From the NCBI GenBank assembly GCA_964401795.1, contig CAYNZQ010000005.1:49754-113753 (forward strand): DNA of 64,000 bases, written 5' to 3'. The notes beneath the pieces are model-generated. The model did no database searches. It was not told where the DNA came from and saw nothing but the letters and a program-made list of their open reading frames with translations. Positions 10,273 through 19,678 of the stretch are shown piece by piece; position 1 is the first letter of the stretch; every line of letters begins with the position of its first letter. This DNA is from an uncultured Citromicrobium sp. (GTDB lineage: Bacteria > Pseudomonadota > Alphaproteobacteria > Sphingomonadales > Sphingomonadaceae). The position numbers were made by a program, and so were the translations under genes.

Positions 10273-10914
10273 ATGATCGATTGTCAACTCTATCTGATTT
10301 CGCCGCTCGACGTGTCGGGCTCGTTTGCGGACCGTCTCGCCCGCGCGCTGGATGCGGGGCAGGGCGTGGCCAGCGCGTTCCAGTTCCGGGTCAAGGACGT
10401 GGACCAGCATGCGGCGGCCAAGCTGGCCGAGCCGTTGCAGGCGATCTGCGCCGAGCGCGATGTCGCTTTCATCGTCAACGACGACATCGCGCTGGCGAAG
10501 CGGCTGGGCGCAGACGGCGCCCATCTGGGGCAGGGCGACGGCGACCCGCGCGAGGCGCGCGATATCCTGGGACGGGAGGCGCAGATCGGGGTGACCTGTC
10601 ACGCCTCGCGCCACCTGGCGATGGAGGCGGGCGAGGCCGGCGCGGATTACGTCGCCTTCGGCGCTTTCTTTCCCAGCACCACCAAGGCGAGCGAGCACCG
10701 GGCCGAGCTAGACCTGCTGGAATGGTGGAGCCTGGTGTTCGAGATCCCGTGCGTGGCGATCGGCGGCATCACGCCGGACAATTGCGGGCCGCTGGTCACG
10801 GCAGGCGCCGATTTCCTCGCCGTGTCCGCCGCCGTGTGGGACGGCGACGAAGCCGCCACGGTCGCGCGCTTCGCCGAAGCGATCGAACGCAACCGGCCGG
10901 AGCCAAAAGACTAG
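10273..10914 (+). CDS. thiE: thiamine-phosphate synthase
   Basis: QLYLISP..., FIVNDDIALAKRLGADGAHLGQGD..., AIGGITPDN. ThiE family pattern. Confidence 0.85.
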   Translation: MIDCQLYLISPLDVSGSFADRLARALDAGQGVASAFQFRVKDVDQHAAAKLAEPLQAICAERDVAFIVNDDIALAKRLGADGAHLGQGDGDPREARDILGREAQIGVTCHASRHLAMEAGEAGADYVAFGAFFPSTTKASEHRAELDLLEWWSLVFEIPCVAIGGITPDNCGPLVTAGADFLAVSAAVWDGDEAATVARFAEAIERNRPEPKD

Positions 10915-10930
10915 GCCGGAGCCAAAAGAC
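10895..10930. repeat. tandem duplication, 17-nt unit GGCCGGAGCCAAAAGAC x2 (19-nt period) spanning the thiE stop codon
   Basis: Copies at 10895-10911 and 10914-10930 are identical and separated by TA. The thiE TAG (10912-10914) sits at the junction. Confidence 0.85.
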
Positions 10931-10967
10931 CAAGAAAGCGTAGGTATCTTCCGAAGGGAGATTCCAT

Positions 10968-12182
10968 TTGCGCCTCACGCTTGCCTGTGCCGTCCTGCTT
11001 CCGCTCGCCGCCTGCGGCTCCAACGACCCCGATAGCGGGCAGGGCGACACCGCCCGCACGGTAGCGGCAACGCCCGCCGCGCCGACCAACCTCGCCGACA
11101 GCATGGCCTCGCACGACGGCTCCCCGACCGGGGGCCGGGACGTGCCCGACATTCCCGATGCCGAACAGCGCCAGACCATGCAGGCGCAGGTGATGCTGGA
11201 CCGCGCGGGGTTCGGCCCCGGCGTCGTCGATGGCAAGATGGGCCTGTCGACGAAGAACGCGCTGGAGGGCTTTCAGGAAGCCAATGATCTCGACATCACG
11301 GGCAGGCTGGACGACGCGACCCGGGCCGCTCTCGGCCACGCAGGCTCGGTTCCCGCCACGCGGATCGTGCGCATCCCCGAACAATGGGGCACGGTGAATT
11401 ACGCGCCGCTCCCCGACGATCCCGCCGCGCAGGCGAAGATGGAGCGGCTGGGCTACGCCTCGCTGGACGAGCGGCTGGCGGAGCGGTTTCACACCACCGT
11501 CGATACGCTGCGACGCCTCAATCCCGGCGGGCAGCCGGCGGGCAGCGAGGGTACGGGGGCTGCAGGTCAGGCAACGGCCGCGCCGACGCCCGCGCCCTCC
11601 ACGTCTTCCACTCCCTCGACCGGCCCGACCGCCGGGGAAAGCGTGTTTCGCGCTGGCCAACTTGTTCGCGTGCCCAATATCGGCGTCGACCGGATCGTGC
11701 CCGGCGCGATCGCGGATGCCGACTGGCAACGCACGCTCGCCTCGCTCGGCGTGGGGTCGGAACAGCCGCAGCTCGCTCGGATCGTGGTCAGCAAGGCGAA
11801 GGACACCCTGAAGGGATACGACAAGGACGGGAAGCTGCGCGTGGTCTTCACCGTGACCTCCGGCTCCAGCCACGATCCCCTGCCGCTGGGTGACTGGTCG
11901 ATCAACGGGATCGGCCACAATCCCGAATTCTCCTACGACCCTTCGCTGTTCTGGGACGTACCCGACAGCGCGGCGGAGCAGCGTCTGCCGCCGGGGCCTA
12001 ACGGCCCGGTCGGCGTGGTGTGGATCGACCTGTCGAAGGAGCATTACGGCATCCACGGCACGAGCGAGCCGCAGACGATCGGGCGGGCACAGAGCCACGG
12101 TTGCGTGCGCCTGACCAACTGGGACGCCGCGAGGCTGGCCGAGATGGTCGACCAGAGGACCGACGTGGAATTCGTGGCGTGA
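10968..12182 (+). CDS. L,D-transpeptidase (YkuD domain) lipoprotein with peptidoglycan-binding domain
   Basis: TTG start after GAAGGGAGA. Lipobox LPLAAC. PG-binding repeat (VMLDRAGFGPGVVDGKMG). YkuD catalytic HGT...SHGCVRL. Confidence 0.85.
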   Translation: MRLTLACAVLLPLAACGSNDPDSGQGDTARTVAATPAAPTNLADSMASHDGSPTGGRDVPDIPDAEQRQTMQAQVMLDRAGFGPGVVDGKMGLSTKNALEGFQEANDLDITGRLDDATRAALGHAGSVPATRIVRIPEQWGTVNYAPLPDDPAAQAKMERLGYASLDERLAERFHTTVDTLRRLNPGGQPAGSEGTGAAGQATAAPTPAPSTSSTPSTGPTAGESVFRAGQLVRVPNIGVDRIVPGAIADADWQRTLASLGVGSEQPQLARIVVSKAKDTLKGYDKDGKLRVVFTVTSGSSHDPLPLGDWSINGIGHNPEFSYDPSLFWDVPDSAAEQRLPPGPNGPVGVVWIDLSKEHYGIHGTSEPQTIGRAQSHGCVRLTNWDAARLAEMVDQRTDVEFVA

Positions 12183-12200
12183 TCGGCTAGGGGTGGATCG

Positions 12201-12893
12201 ATGAAGATAGCCGACCGGATCCTGACGATCGTCGTGACCGCGACCCTGACGAGCGCGGTGTGGATCGTGGCGGGCGGGAGCCTGATCGATTACGCGTCGA
12301 GCGACAGCCAGCGCAACGTCACGCGCCCGTCCGAGGCCCAGCCCAGCCCTGCGAAAAAAGGCGTCGCCGCACCAGCGCGCACTCCGGCGCCTGCGAGCGG
12401 CGGGCTGGAAAGTCCCGGAACCGAAGTGACCGAGGGGACGAAGCCGGACAATCTGATGATCCCGGTCCTGAACGTGCGCGCGCAGGACCTGACCGACACC
12501 TTCGCCGACGAGCGGGCAGGGGGCGAGCGCATGCACGAGGCGCTGGACATCATGGCGCCGGAAGGCACCAGCGTGGTCGCCGCGGCCGCCGGCCGCATCG
12601 AGAAGCTGTTCCGCTCCCGCGCGGGCGGCAACACGATCTATGTGCGCTCACCCGACGGGCGGACGATCTATTATTATGCCCATCTCAGCCAGTATGCGCC
12701 GGGCCTGAAGGACGGGCAGCAGATTCGCCGAGGGCAGCGCCTGGGCGAGGTCGGAAGTACGGGCAATGCATCGCAGGAGGCACCGCATCTGCATTTTGCA
12801 ATGCTGCGCACCACGCCCGATGCCGACTGGTGGGAACCCGCGACCGCGATCAATCCCTATCCGGTTCTGGCGGAAAAGCCCGCCGGCACCTGA
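12201..12893 (+). CDS. M23-family metallopeptidase
   Basis: N-terminal TM. HEALDIMAPEGTSV..., YYYAHL..., GSTGNAS..PHLHF (HxxxD / HxH M23 motifs). Confidence 0.85.
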   Translation: MKIADRILTIVVTATLTSAVWIVAGGSLIDYASSDSQRNVTRPSEAQPSPAKKGVAAPARTPAPASGGLESPGTEVTEGTKPDNLMIPVLNVRAQDLTDTFADERAGGERMHEALDIMAPEGTSVVAAAAGRIEKLFRSRAGGNTIYVRSPDGRTIYYYAHLSQYAPGLKDGQQIRRGQRLGEVGSTGNASQEAPHLHFAMLRTTPDADWWEPATAINPYPVLAEKPAGT

Positions 12894-12908
12894 GTTTTCG
12901 GGCGCGGC

Positions 12909-13283
12909 CTAGCGCACGCGGACGCAGCGCAGGTCACCCGGCGAGCCATCGGCGTTGCGGATGCGGACGGTATCGATCCCGACGCGTTCGAAGCTCTGTC
13001 CCTTCATCGGACCGCGCGTGAAGGTGAGCGACTTGCCGCGCAGCAAATAGGTGCCGCTGCCCTCGGCGGTGCGATAGCTCGACGAATTGCCGATGGTGAA
13101 GTCGCGTTCCGGCTGGTGGCGCCAGGCTTTGCCCCCGGCATCGCCGGGCAGCGCGCATTCGTACCGGCCCTGCGGCAGCGTATCGATCGGGCCATCGCGT
13201 TCCTGCGCGAACGCAGCCGTTCCTGCCAGGGGAACGAGGGCTGCGAGAAGGAGAACGGGCGTTTTCATGATCGTGCGTTTCAT
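12909..13283 (-). CDS. secreted hypothetical protein
   Basis: Signal peptide MKTPVLLLAALVPLAGTAAFA-QE. Two Cys. No known motif. Confidence 0.55.
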   Translation of the reverse strand: MKRTIMKTPVLLLAALVPLAGTAAFAQERDGPIDTLPQGRYECALPGDAGGKAWRHQPERDFTIGNSSSYRTAEGSGTYLLRGKSLTFTRGPMKGQSFERVGIDTVRIRNADGSPGDLRCVRVR

Positions 13284-13401
13284 AGCCCTAATGGTGTAGC
13301 ACCAGCAAGCTTGCCGGGACCTGACCGCTCGGCTAGGGGGCGAGCTTTCCCGCGCGCGCCGCCCGGCCGCGCCGATCCACTAAGCTACAGGCCAGTTTCC
13401 C

Positions 13402-13965
13402 ATGAAGATCAGCGGCGTCGACATCCGTCCCGGCAACATCATCGAATATGAAGGCGGCATCTGGAAAGTCGCCAAGATCCAGCATACCCAGCCGGGCAAG
13501 GGCGGGGCCTACATGCAGGTCGAGATGAAGAACCTGCAGGACGGCCGCAAGACCAACGTCCGCTTCCGCAGCGCCGACACGGTGGAGCGCGTGCGGCTCG
13601 ACACCAAGGAATACCAGTTCCTGTACGAGGATGGCGAGAACCTGATCTTCATGGACCAGGAAACCTTCGAACAGATCCAGCTGCCCGCCGACCTTCTGGG
13701 CGATGCACGGCCATTCTTGCAGGACGGGATGACCGTCACGCTGGAATTGTGGGAGGAAAAGCCGATCTCCGTCGCACTGCCCGAGCAGGTCGAGGCGCAG
13801 ATCGTGGAAGCCGATGCGGTGGTGAAGGGGCAGACCGCCTCTTCCAGCTACAAGCCCGCGGTGCTCGACAACGGCGTGCGCATCATGGTGCCGCCCCATA
13901 TCGAGAGCGGGACGCGCATCGTCGTGGACGTGTACGAACAGACCTATGTCGGGAAGGCCGGCTGA
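13402..13965 (+). CDS. efp: elongation factor P
   Basis: [45 protein letters not shown]... Confidence 0.95.
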   Translation: MKISGVDIRPGNIIEYEGGIWKVAKIQHTQPGKGGAYMQVEMKNLQDGRKTNVRFRSADTVERVRLDTKEYQFLYEDGENLIFMDQETFEQIQLPADLLGDARPFLQDGMTVTLELWEEKPISVALPEQVEAQIVEADAVVKGQTASSSYKPAVLDNGVRIMVPPHIESGTRIVVDVYEQTYVGKAG

Positions 13966-13975
13966 GGCGCGATCA

Positions 13976-14794
13976 ATGGCTGCTATTTCTGGACTTATCC
14001 GCGTCATGGAACGCGCCGCGCGCAAGGCGGGCGGCAGGTTGCGCCGGGACTTCGGCGAGATCGAGCATCTGCAGGTCAGCCAGAAGGGGCCGGCCGACTT
14101 CGTCTCCAAGGCGGATCGCGTGTCGGAGCGCACGCTGTACGACGAACTGCGCCAGGCGCGGCCCGACTGGGGCTTCGTGCTGGAGGAAGCGGGCACCATC
14201 GAGGGCGACCCCGATCAGCCGCGCTGGGTGGTCGATCCGCTCGACGGGACCAGCAACTTCCTCCACGGTATCCCGCATTTCGCGATCTCGATCGCGGTGC
14301 AGGAACCCAAGCTGGGCGGTGGCGGCTGGGGCGAAGTCGTCGCGGGCGTTGTCTATCAGCCGCTCACCGACGAGACCTTCTGGGCGGAAAAATCGCGCGG
14401 CGCGTGGCTGCATGACGGGCGCCTGCGCGTGTCCGCCCGCCGTCGCCTGCCCGAGGCGCTGATCGCGACCGGCATCCCGTTCCAGGGGCACGGCGATTTC
14501 GGCGAGTGGAGCCGCATCTTCGGCGCTATCGGTCCCGAGGTCGCGGGCATCCGGCGCTTCGGTGCCGCCTCGCTCGACCTCGCATGGGTCGCCGCGGGCC
14601 GATTCGACGGCTTCTGGGAAAGCGGGCTGTCCGACTGGGATACCGCCGCGGGCTGTCTGCTGGTGCGCGAGGCCGGCGGCTTCGTGTCCGATTTCCGCGG
14701 CCGCTCGCAACCGATCCACAGTGCGCAGGTCCTGGCGGCGAACGACTCGCTGCATTCCAAGCTGCACAAGCTGCTGGTGGGATCGCTGCGCTAA
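13976..14794 (+). CDS. suhB: inositol monophosphatase family protein
   Basis: ATG 13976 within ORF 13946..14794. Motifs WVVDPLDGTSNF, WDTAAG. Confidence 0.9.
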   Translation: MAAISGLIRVMERAARKAGGRLRRDFGEIEHLQVSQKGPADFVSKADRVSERTLYDELRQARPDWGFVLEEAGTIEGDPDQPRWVVDPLDGTSNFLHGIPHFAISIAVQEPKLGGGGWGEVVAGVVYQPLTDETFWAEKSRGAWLHDGRLRVSARRRLPEALIATGIPFQGHGDFGEWSRIFGAIGPEVAGIRRFGAASLDLAWVAAGRFDGFWESGLSDWDTAAGCLLVREAGGFVSDFRGRSQPIHSAQVLAANDSLHSKLHKLLVGSLR

Positions 14795-14846
14795 GCATCT
14801 TGCCGTGCGGGACACCCGCGGCTAACCCGCCGGGGCCCGCAGGCAT

Positions 14847-14931
14847 GCCCCTGTGGCGGAATTGGTAGACGCGTTCGACTCAAAATCGAATTTCTACGGA
14901 AGTGCCGGTTCGAGTCCGGCCAGGGGCACCA
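14847..14931 (+). tRNA. tRNA-Leu (anticodon CAA)
   Basis: Acceptor GCCCCTG/CAGGGGC, anticodon arm TTCGA-CTCAAAA-TCGAA (CAA), long variable arm, T-arm GCCGG-TTCGAGT-CCGGC, encoded CCA. Confidence 0.9.
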
Positions 14932-14969
14932 TTCATCTTTGGCCGGCAAAGTCGCGTCGCGCAGTTGCC

Positions 14970-14993
14970 ATAGGCGGATAGGCGGATAGGCGG
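14970..14993. repeat. 8-bp tandem repeat ATAGGCGG x3
   Basis: Three perfect head-to-tail copies, 22 bp upstream of the ATG at 15015 and just upstream of a TATACT -10-like hexamer (15001-15006). Confidence 0.9.
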
Positions 14994-15014
14994 GTTTGCA
15001 ATATACTACGCGGC

Positions 15015-16835
15015 ATGATTCTCGGGACGGGGTCGCCTCTCCTTCCTGATCACTTGCCGGCGATCGGCGATCGCTGGAACATCTGGCTGCGGCCCGCATG
15101 GTTTGCAGTTCTGGCACTCACCATAATACTGGATCTGAGCGGAACCGTCTTCGCGCTGCGGGAGGTTTCGCGCTACGATGTCGCTTTTGCGCGTATCGGT
15201 CTCAATTCCCAATACGAGGACGATGGATCGGTGACGGTCGCCTCGCTCGCGACGCCCGGCGGCGGTGCAACGGACGTTCCCGAAGGCTCCCGGATCGTAG
15301 CGATCGACGGAAGGGGCGTGCCGCGCGACGCGAAGATCTGGACCATCGCCGCCCGGCTGGAGCGGGTAGAAGGAGAGGCGGTTCGTGTCGCCTTTGCTAC
15401 GCCCGACCGGCGGCGTTTCGCCGAGACCATTCGTATCTCGTCCGCGTACGCTCGCACTGCGGAGGCGGGCATGGTGCTCAAGCGGGCCACCCGCATCGCC
15501 CTGCGCCTCGCGATTTCGCTGAGCACTTGCGCCGTGCTGATCGTATGCGCGATGCTCCTCTACCTGCGCCGTTCGCGCGACCCGGTGGCCGTGCTGCTGT
15601 CGATGTCCTTCCTGGTCTTCGCGGGATCGATCGATCCCCCGCTCATGATGTGGATCGCCCTCGGCACAGGCTCGCTCTACGATATCTACGTGACCGCGGG
15701 ATGGGTCCTGCTGGTCATCGGGCTTGCGGCGTTTCCCGACGGCGAGTTTCGTCCCAGGCCCGTGCGCTGGACCATTGTCGCGGCCCCGGTGCTGGCCGTT
15801 CCATTGATGATCGACTCGATCCCCATGCCTATCCTGAGTACCATCGCCTTCGTGGCTCCGCTGGGACTCGTGCTGAGCCATCTGACCAAGTTTCGCAGGT
15901 ACCCCGAGGGGATCGAGCGCCAGCAGATTAAATGGGCGGCGTTCGGTTTCGCCAGCGGCCTTGCCGTGCTCGCGGTGACCTTCTACCTAACCGCGATCCT
16001 GCCTTCCGGCTCGCGCTGGATGCCGATCTACGGCCTCGGCATTCTTGTCCTGTTCAATACGGGTTTCCTTTTGATGGCGTGCGGCCTGTTCGTCTCGCTT
16101 ATCCGGTTCCGCCTGTGGGAGGCGGACCGGGTGATCAACCGATCGACCGCCGCCGCCGCGGTCACGCTCGTCGTCGGCGTGGTGTGGACCCTCACCAGCG
16201 ATCTTGTGAAGACGGCGGTCCAGTACACGATCGGTGATGGGCACGAGGTCGTCGCAACCACCGCCGGTGCCCTGCTTGCCGCAGGATTGTTCGCGCCGAC
16301 CCAGACGCTCGCGCTGCGGTGGACGAAACGACGCTTCGACAAGGATCGCGACCGCATGCGTCGCTTGACCACGCGGCTGCGGGCGTGGGGAACCGCCGAA
16401 ACGCCGGAAGAGATTGCGCTGCGCACCCTGTCCAGCCTTGCCGCGATCATCCATTCGTCCTGCTCCGCGATCCTGGTCGATATGCCGCACGCCCGCGTGG
16501 TACTCGCAGCCCGGGATATCGGTGACGAAGCGCGGCTGGAGGGTTTGAACGTTGCGGGGCGGAGCGACCCCCAATTCGTGCGGACCGTTGCGCTGGAGGA
16601 CGAAGACGGGCCGCTCGGACTGTTGCTGCTGGGCCCGAGAAGCGATCTCAATCGCTACAACGCCGAGGAACTGGGTTACCTCGACAAATTGTCCGCACCG
16701 CTGGCCGAGGCACTCAGGATATCGATGAAGCGGTTCCAGCAGACCGACCGGTTGCATCGTGCCCTCAACGAGGTGCAGGAACGCCTTGCGCGGCTGGAAA
16801 GCGACCCGCGTCAGCCACCGCCGGCGATGGCCTAG
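15015..16835 (+). CDS. polytopic membrane protein with extracytoplasmic PDZ-like domain and C-terminal GAF-like domain (sensor-like, no output domain)
   Basis: 606 aa. TM1, then a ~120-aa loop (VASLATPGG..GSRIVAIDGRGV..EAVRVAF, PDZ-like), about 9 further TM helices, then a cytoplasmic GAF-like segment (LLLLGPRSDLNRYNAEELGYLDKLSAPLAEAL) and a coiled coil. No HisKA/HATPase, GGDEF or HTH motifs seen. Confidence 0.7.
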   Translation: MILGTGSPLLPDHLPAIGDRWNIWLRPAWFAVLALTIILDLSGTVFALREVSRYDVAFARIGLNSQYEDDGSVTVASLATPGGGATDVPEGSRIVAIDGRGVPRDAKIWTIAARLERVEGEAVRVAFATPDRRRFAETIRISSAYARTAEAGMVLKRATRIALRLAISLSTCAVLIVCAMLLYLRRSRDPVAVLLSMSFLVFAGSIDPPLMMWIALGTGSLYDIYVTAGWVLLVIGLAAFPDGEFRPRPVRWTIVAAPVLAVPLMIDSIPMPILSTIAFVAPLGLVLSHLTKFRRYPEGIERQQIKWAAFGFASGLAVLAVTFYLTAILPSGSRWMPIYGLGILVLFNTGFLLMACGLFVSLIRFRLWEADRVINRSTAAAAVTLVVGVVWTLTSDLVKTAVQYTIGDGHEVVATTAGALLAAGLFAPTQTLALRWTKRRFDKDRDRMRRLTTRLRAWGTAETPEEIALRTLSSLAAIIHSSCSAILVDMPHARVVLAARDIGDEARLEGLNVAGRSDPQFVRTVALEDEDGPLGLLLLGPRSDLNRYNAEELGYLDKLSAPLAEALRISMKRFQQTDRLHRALNEVQERLARLESDPRQPPPAMA

Positions 16836-17159
16836 CGGACCCATCGATCGCTGAAGCGTGGTCATCATAGCGGCCACCGCGTCACGAGCCGGTATTCTGC
16901 CGTTAGGCATCGATCATTTCGGAAAAATCGAACGTTCCCTTTTTCGAGCATAGCTTCGCTTAGATGCGTCCCACCTTTGTGCAATGCGTCCGACCCATTG
17001 ATTGCTCAGGATAACCTGGAGATCGGCGCGCGCCTGATTTTTTCGCGCGCGGGCAAAAGCGAAGGTCGGATAGTCTTTGCTGCGGTTTTCCGCCCTTGTG
17101 ACCCACGCCCAACAGCGTAATCATGCACCCTCGGGATCGCAGGACGAGGAACGGGGACG

Positions 17160-18677
17160 GTGCGATTCACTTGGGCAATGCTGGAGCGGGCGGTGGTCTG
17201 GGCGGTTACAGCCTGTCTGGCGAGCGGCGCGGTGCCGGCGCTGGCGCAGGACGTGCCCGATGACGACGCCGTCGAACTGAGTTTCGCGCAGGCGGAGGCG
17301 CGGCATGGCGATCGTTCGGCGGCGTTGCGCGGGGCCGATTACGCAGTTGTCGCGGCGCGCGAGACGGTGGCGGCGGTTTCCACGCTGCACCGGCCGATCG
17401 TGACGGCTTCCGCATCCTATCTGGAGTATCAGAAGACCCTGTCGGTGGACCTTGCCGGACCCAAGCAGGAGGCGATCGCCGATACCCAGCAATTCCTCGG
17501 CGGGCTTCCCGGCACCTTGCCGCCGGAGTTTCAGGACATCGCGGCCGGGATCACCGACCGCCTGTCGCAAGCGATACCGGGCCTGCTCGGCGCAATTCCG
17601 GACACGCTGTCCTACCGCGCCCGCGACGACGTGTTCCGGCCGACGGTGCAGGCGGTGCTGCCGATCTATACCAGCGGCGCGATCGGCGCGGTGCAGGATG
17701 CGGCCCGGGCCAATGTCGGGCTCGCCTCGGCGAAGGCCGATCAGGTGCGGGACATTGCGCAAATCGACCTCATCCGGCTGTATTTCGGCCAGCAGGCGGC
17801 GCAGGCGCTCGAACTATCGGCGCGGCAATCGTTCGCGGCGTTGCAGAGCCTTTACGACGATGCGCGCGCGCTGGAGGCGGAAGGGGTCATCGCGCATGCC
17901 CGGACGCTGGAGGCGCAGGTGGCGCGCGACACCGCGGCGCGCGCTCTCGAACGCGCGACCCTTGCGCATCAGACGGCGCGCAACGGACTGGCCGACAAGC
18001 TGGAACTCGTGGCGGTCGAGCCTACGACGCCGCTGTTCGTGCAGTCGCGCCCGCTGGCACCCCTGGCGAGCTTCACCGGCAACGAGGACGCCTTGCCCCA
18101 GGCGCGCCAGGCTGATGCGGCCCGCGACGTGGCGAAATCGGCCGTCGCGCTCGCGAGGTCGCGCTATGGCCCGCAGGTGTTCGCGTTCGGCGAGTACAAT
18201 CTCGCGCGCGATCAGGCGCTACCGACGGAGCCGGACTGGATCGTCGGCATCGGTGCGCGCATCACGCTGTTCTCCAACATCAGCCGGGGCCACACCCTCG
18301 CGGCGGCCCGCGCGCAGCAGGCGGCGGCGCAGGAAGCCGCCGACGAAGCGCGCAAGACGGCGACCGGTGCGACCCGCCGCGCGTGGGAGCTGACCGAGGG
18401 CGCGCGTCGGTCCTTCCTGCTGCTCGACAGCTCGATCGCCGCCGCCCGCGAAAACTTGCGCGTGCAGCGCATTTCCTTCGCCGAGGGGGAGGCGCCTGTC
18501 ACCGTCGTGTTGGGGGCGGAGGCCGCGCTGGCCACCGCGCGGGCGCAGCGCATCGCGGCCGCCTACGAATACGACCTCGCACTCGCCGGCCTGCTCGCTT
18601 CGGTCGGCGCGCTCGACCGGTTCGATGCCTATCTCGAAAACGCCGATATCCGTATCGGGCCGGAGCCTGTCCGATGA
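17160..18677 (+). CDS. TolC-family outer-membrane efflux protein
   Basis: Signal peptide ...ACLASGAVPALA-QD and two OEP-type repeats rich in A/Q/R coiled segments. Start is GTG 17160 or ATG 17178. Confidence 0.85.
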   Translation: MRFTWAMLERAVVWAVTACLASGAVPALAQDVPDDDAVELSFAQAEARHGDRSAALRGADYAVVAARETVAAVSTLHRPIVTASASYLEYQKTLSVDLAGPKQEAIADTQQFLGGLPGTLPPEFQDIAAGITDRLSQAIPGLLGAIPDTLSYRARDDVFRPTVQAVLPIYTSGAIGAVQDAARANVGLASAKADQVRDIAQIDLIRLYFGQQAAQALELSARQSFAALQSLYDDARALEAEGVIAHARTLEAQVARDTAARALERATLAHQTARNGLADKLELVAVEPTTPLFVQSRPLAPLASFTGNEDALPQARQADAARDVAKSAVALARSRYGPQVFAFGEYNLARDQALPTEPDWIVGIGARITLFSNISRGHTLAAARAQQAAAQEAADEARKTATGATRRAWELTEGARRSFLLLDSSIAAARENLRVQRISFAEGEAPVTVVLGAEAALATARAQRIAAAYEYDLALAGLLASVGALDRFDAYLENADIRIGPEPVR

Positions 18678-19678
18678 CCGACGCCGACCAGCCTACCCCC
18701 AGCCGGCGCAAGCGCCTGATCCTCTATGCCGGGCTCGCCATCGTCGCAGTGCTGCTGGCAATAGGATTGTGGCTGGCGTCACGGCCCGCCAACCCGCCGC
18801 TCCAGGGCGAGGTCGATGCCGATACGGTCAATGTCGCGACCAAGGCGCTGGCGCGGATCGAGACGATCGGGGTGCAGGAAGGCGACCGGGTGAGGGCGGG
18901 CGCGGTGCTGGCGACGCTTTCCAGCCCGGAGATTTCGAACGGGCAGGAACAGGCGCAGGCCGCCTTGGACGGTGCCCGCGCCGCGCAGGCGCTGGCGGAG
19001 GAGGGCGCCCGGGCAGAAGACATCGCCTCGCTGAAGGCGACCTGGCTCGCCGCGCAGGCGAGCGCCGACCTTGCCAGGGTCAGCAGCGCGCGCGCCGACA
19101 GGCTGTACGCGCAAGGCGTCATCGCGGCGCAGCGGCGCGACGAGGCCAATGCGGCCCGCGACAGCACCGCTCGCGTGGCGCAGGCCGCGAAGGCGCAATA
19201 TCTCAAAGCGCGGGCAGGCCCCCGTCCCGCGGCGAAGGCGGTCGCGGCCGCACAGGTGCGCGCCGCCGCCGCGGGGGCGGCCACCGCCGAGGCGTTGCAG
19301 CGCGAGACGCGGCTGGTGTCGCCCATCGCGGGCGAGGTCTCGCGGCGCCTTGTCGAACCTGGCGAGCTGGTCAGCCCGGTCCTGCCGGCGATTCAGGTCA
19401 CCGATATCGACCACCCTTACGTCGTCGTGACCGTGCCCGAGAGCCAGTTCCAGGGCATGAAGAAAGGCCGTGTGCTGGATGGCCGGGTCCCGGCGCTGGG
19501 CCGGGTGGTGCGTTTCCGTGTCGGCCATATCGCGGCGCAGGGCGAGTTCGCGACCTTCCGGGCCGATCGCCAGTCGCGCGGGTACGACGTCCGCGCCTTC
19601 GAGGTGAAGCTGCGCCCGGAGAAGCGCACCGCCGATCTGCGGCCGGGCATGAGCGTGCTGTTCGACTGGCCGCAATGA
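18674..19678 (+). CDS. HlyD-family periplasmic adaptor (YbhG/YhiI type)
   Basis: ATG 18674 overlaps the TolC stop. N-terminal TM, lipoyl-like hairpin (IGVQEGDRVRAGAVLATL ... SPIAGEVS), long Ala-rich coiled coil. Confidence 0.85.
   Translation: MTDADQPTPSRRKRLILYAGLAIVAVLLAIGLWLASRPANPPLQGEVDADTVNVATKALARIETIGVQEGDRVRAGAVLATLSSPEISNGQEQAQAALDGARAAQALAEEGARAEDIASLKATWLAAQASADLARVSSARADRLYAQGVIAAQRRDEANAARDSTARVAQAAKAQYLKARAGPRPAAKAVAAAQVRAAAAGAATAEALQRETRLVSPIAGEVSRRLVEPGELVSPVLPAIQVTDIDHPYVVVTVPESQFQGMKKGRVLDGRVPALGRVVRFRVGHIAAQGEFATFRADRQSRGYDVRAFEVKLRPEKRTADLRPGMSVLFDWPQ

Noticed and set aside
10911-12536. 541-aa minus-strand ORF across the L,D-transpeptidase and M23 genes
   Set aside because: It is antisense to two genes with clear catalytic motifs, and its composition is typical of a shadow ORF.
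17025-17053. GGCGCGCGCC / CGCGCG self-complementary run with a T6 tract, a possible terminator
   Set aside because: It lies ~190 nt beyond the stop at 16835. The T-tract falls in the loop rather than after the stem, so it does not fit an intrinsic terminator. It is more likely incidental CG-repeat sequence.
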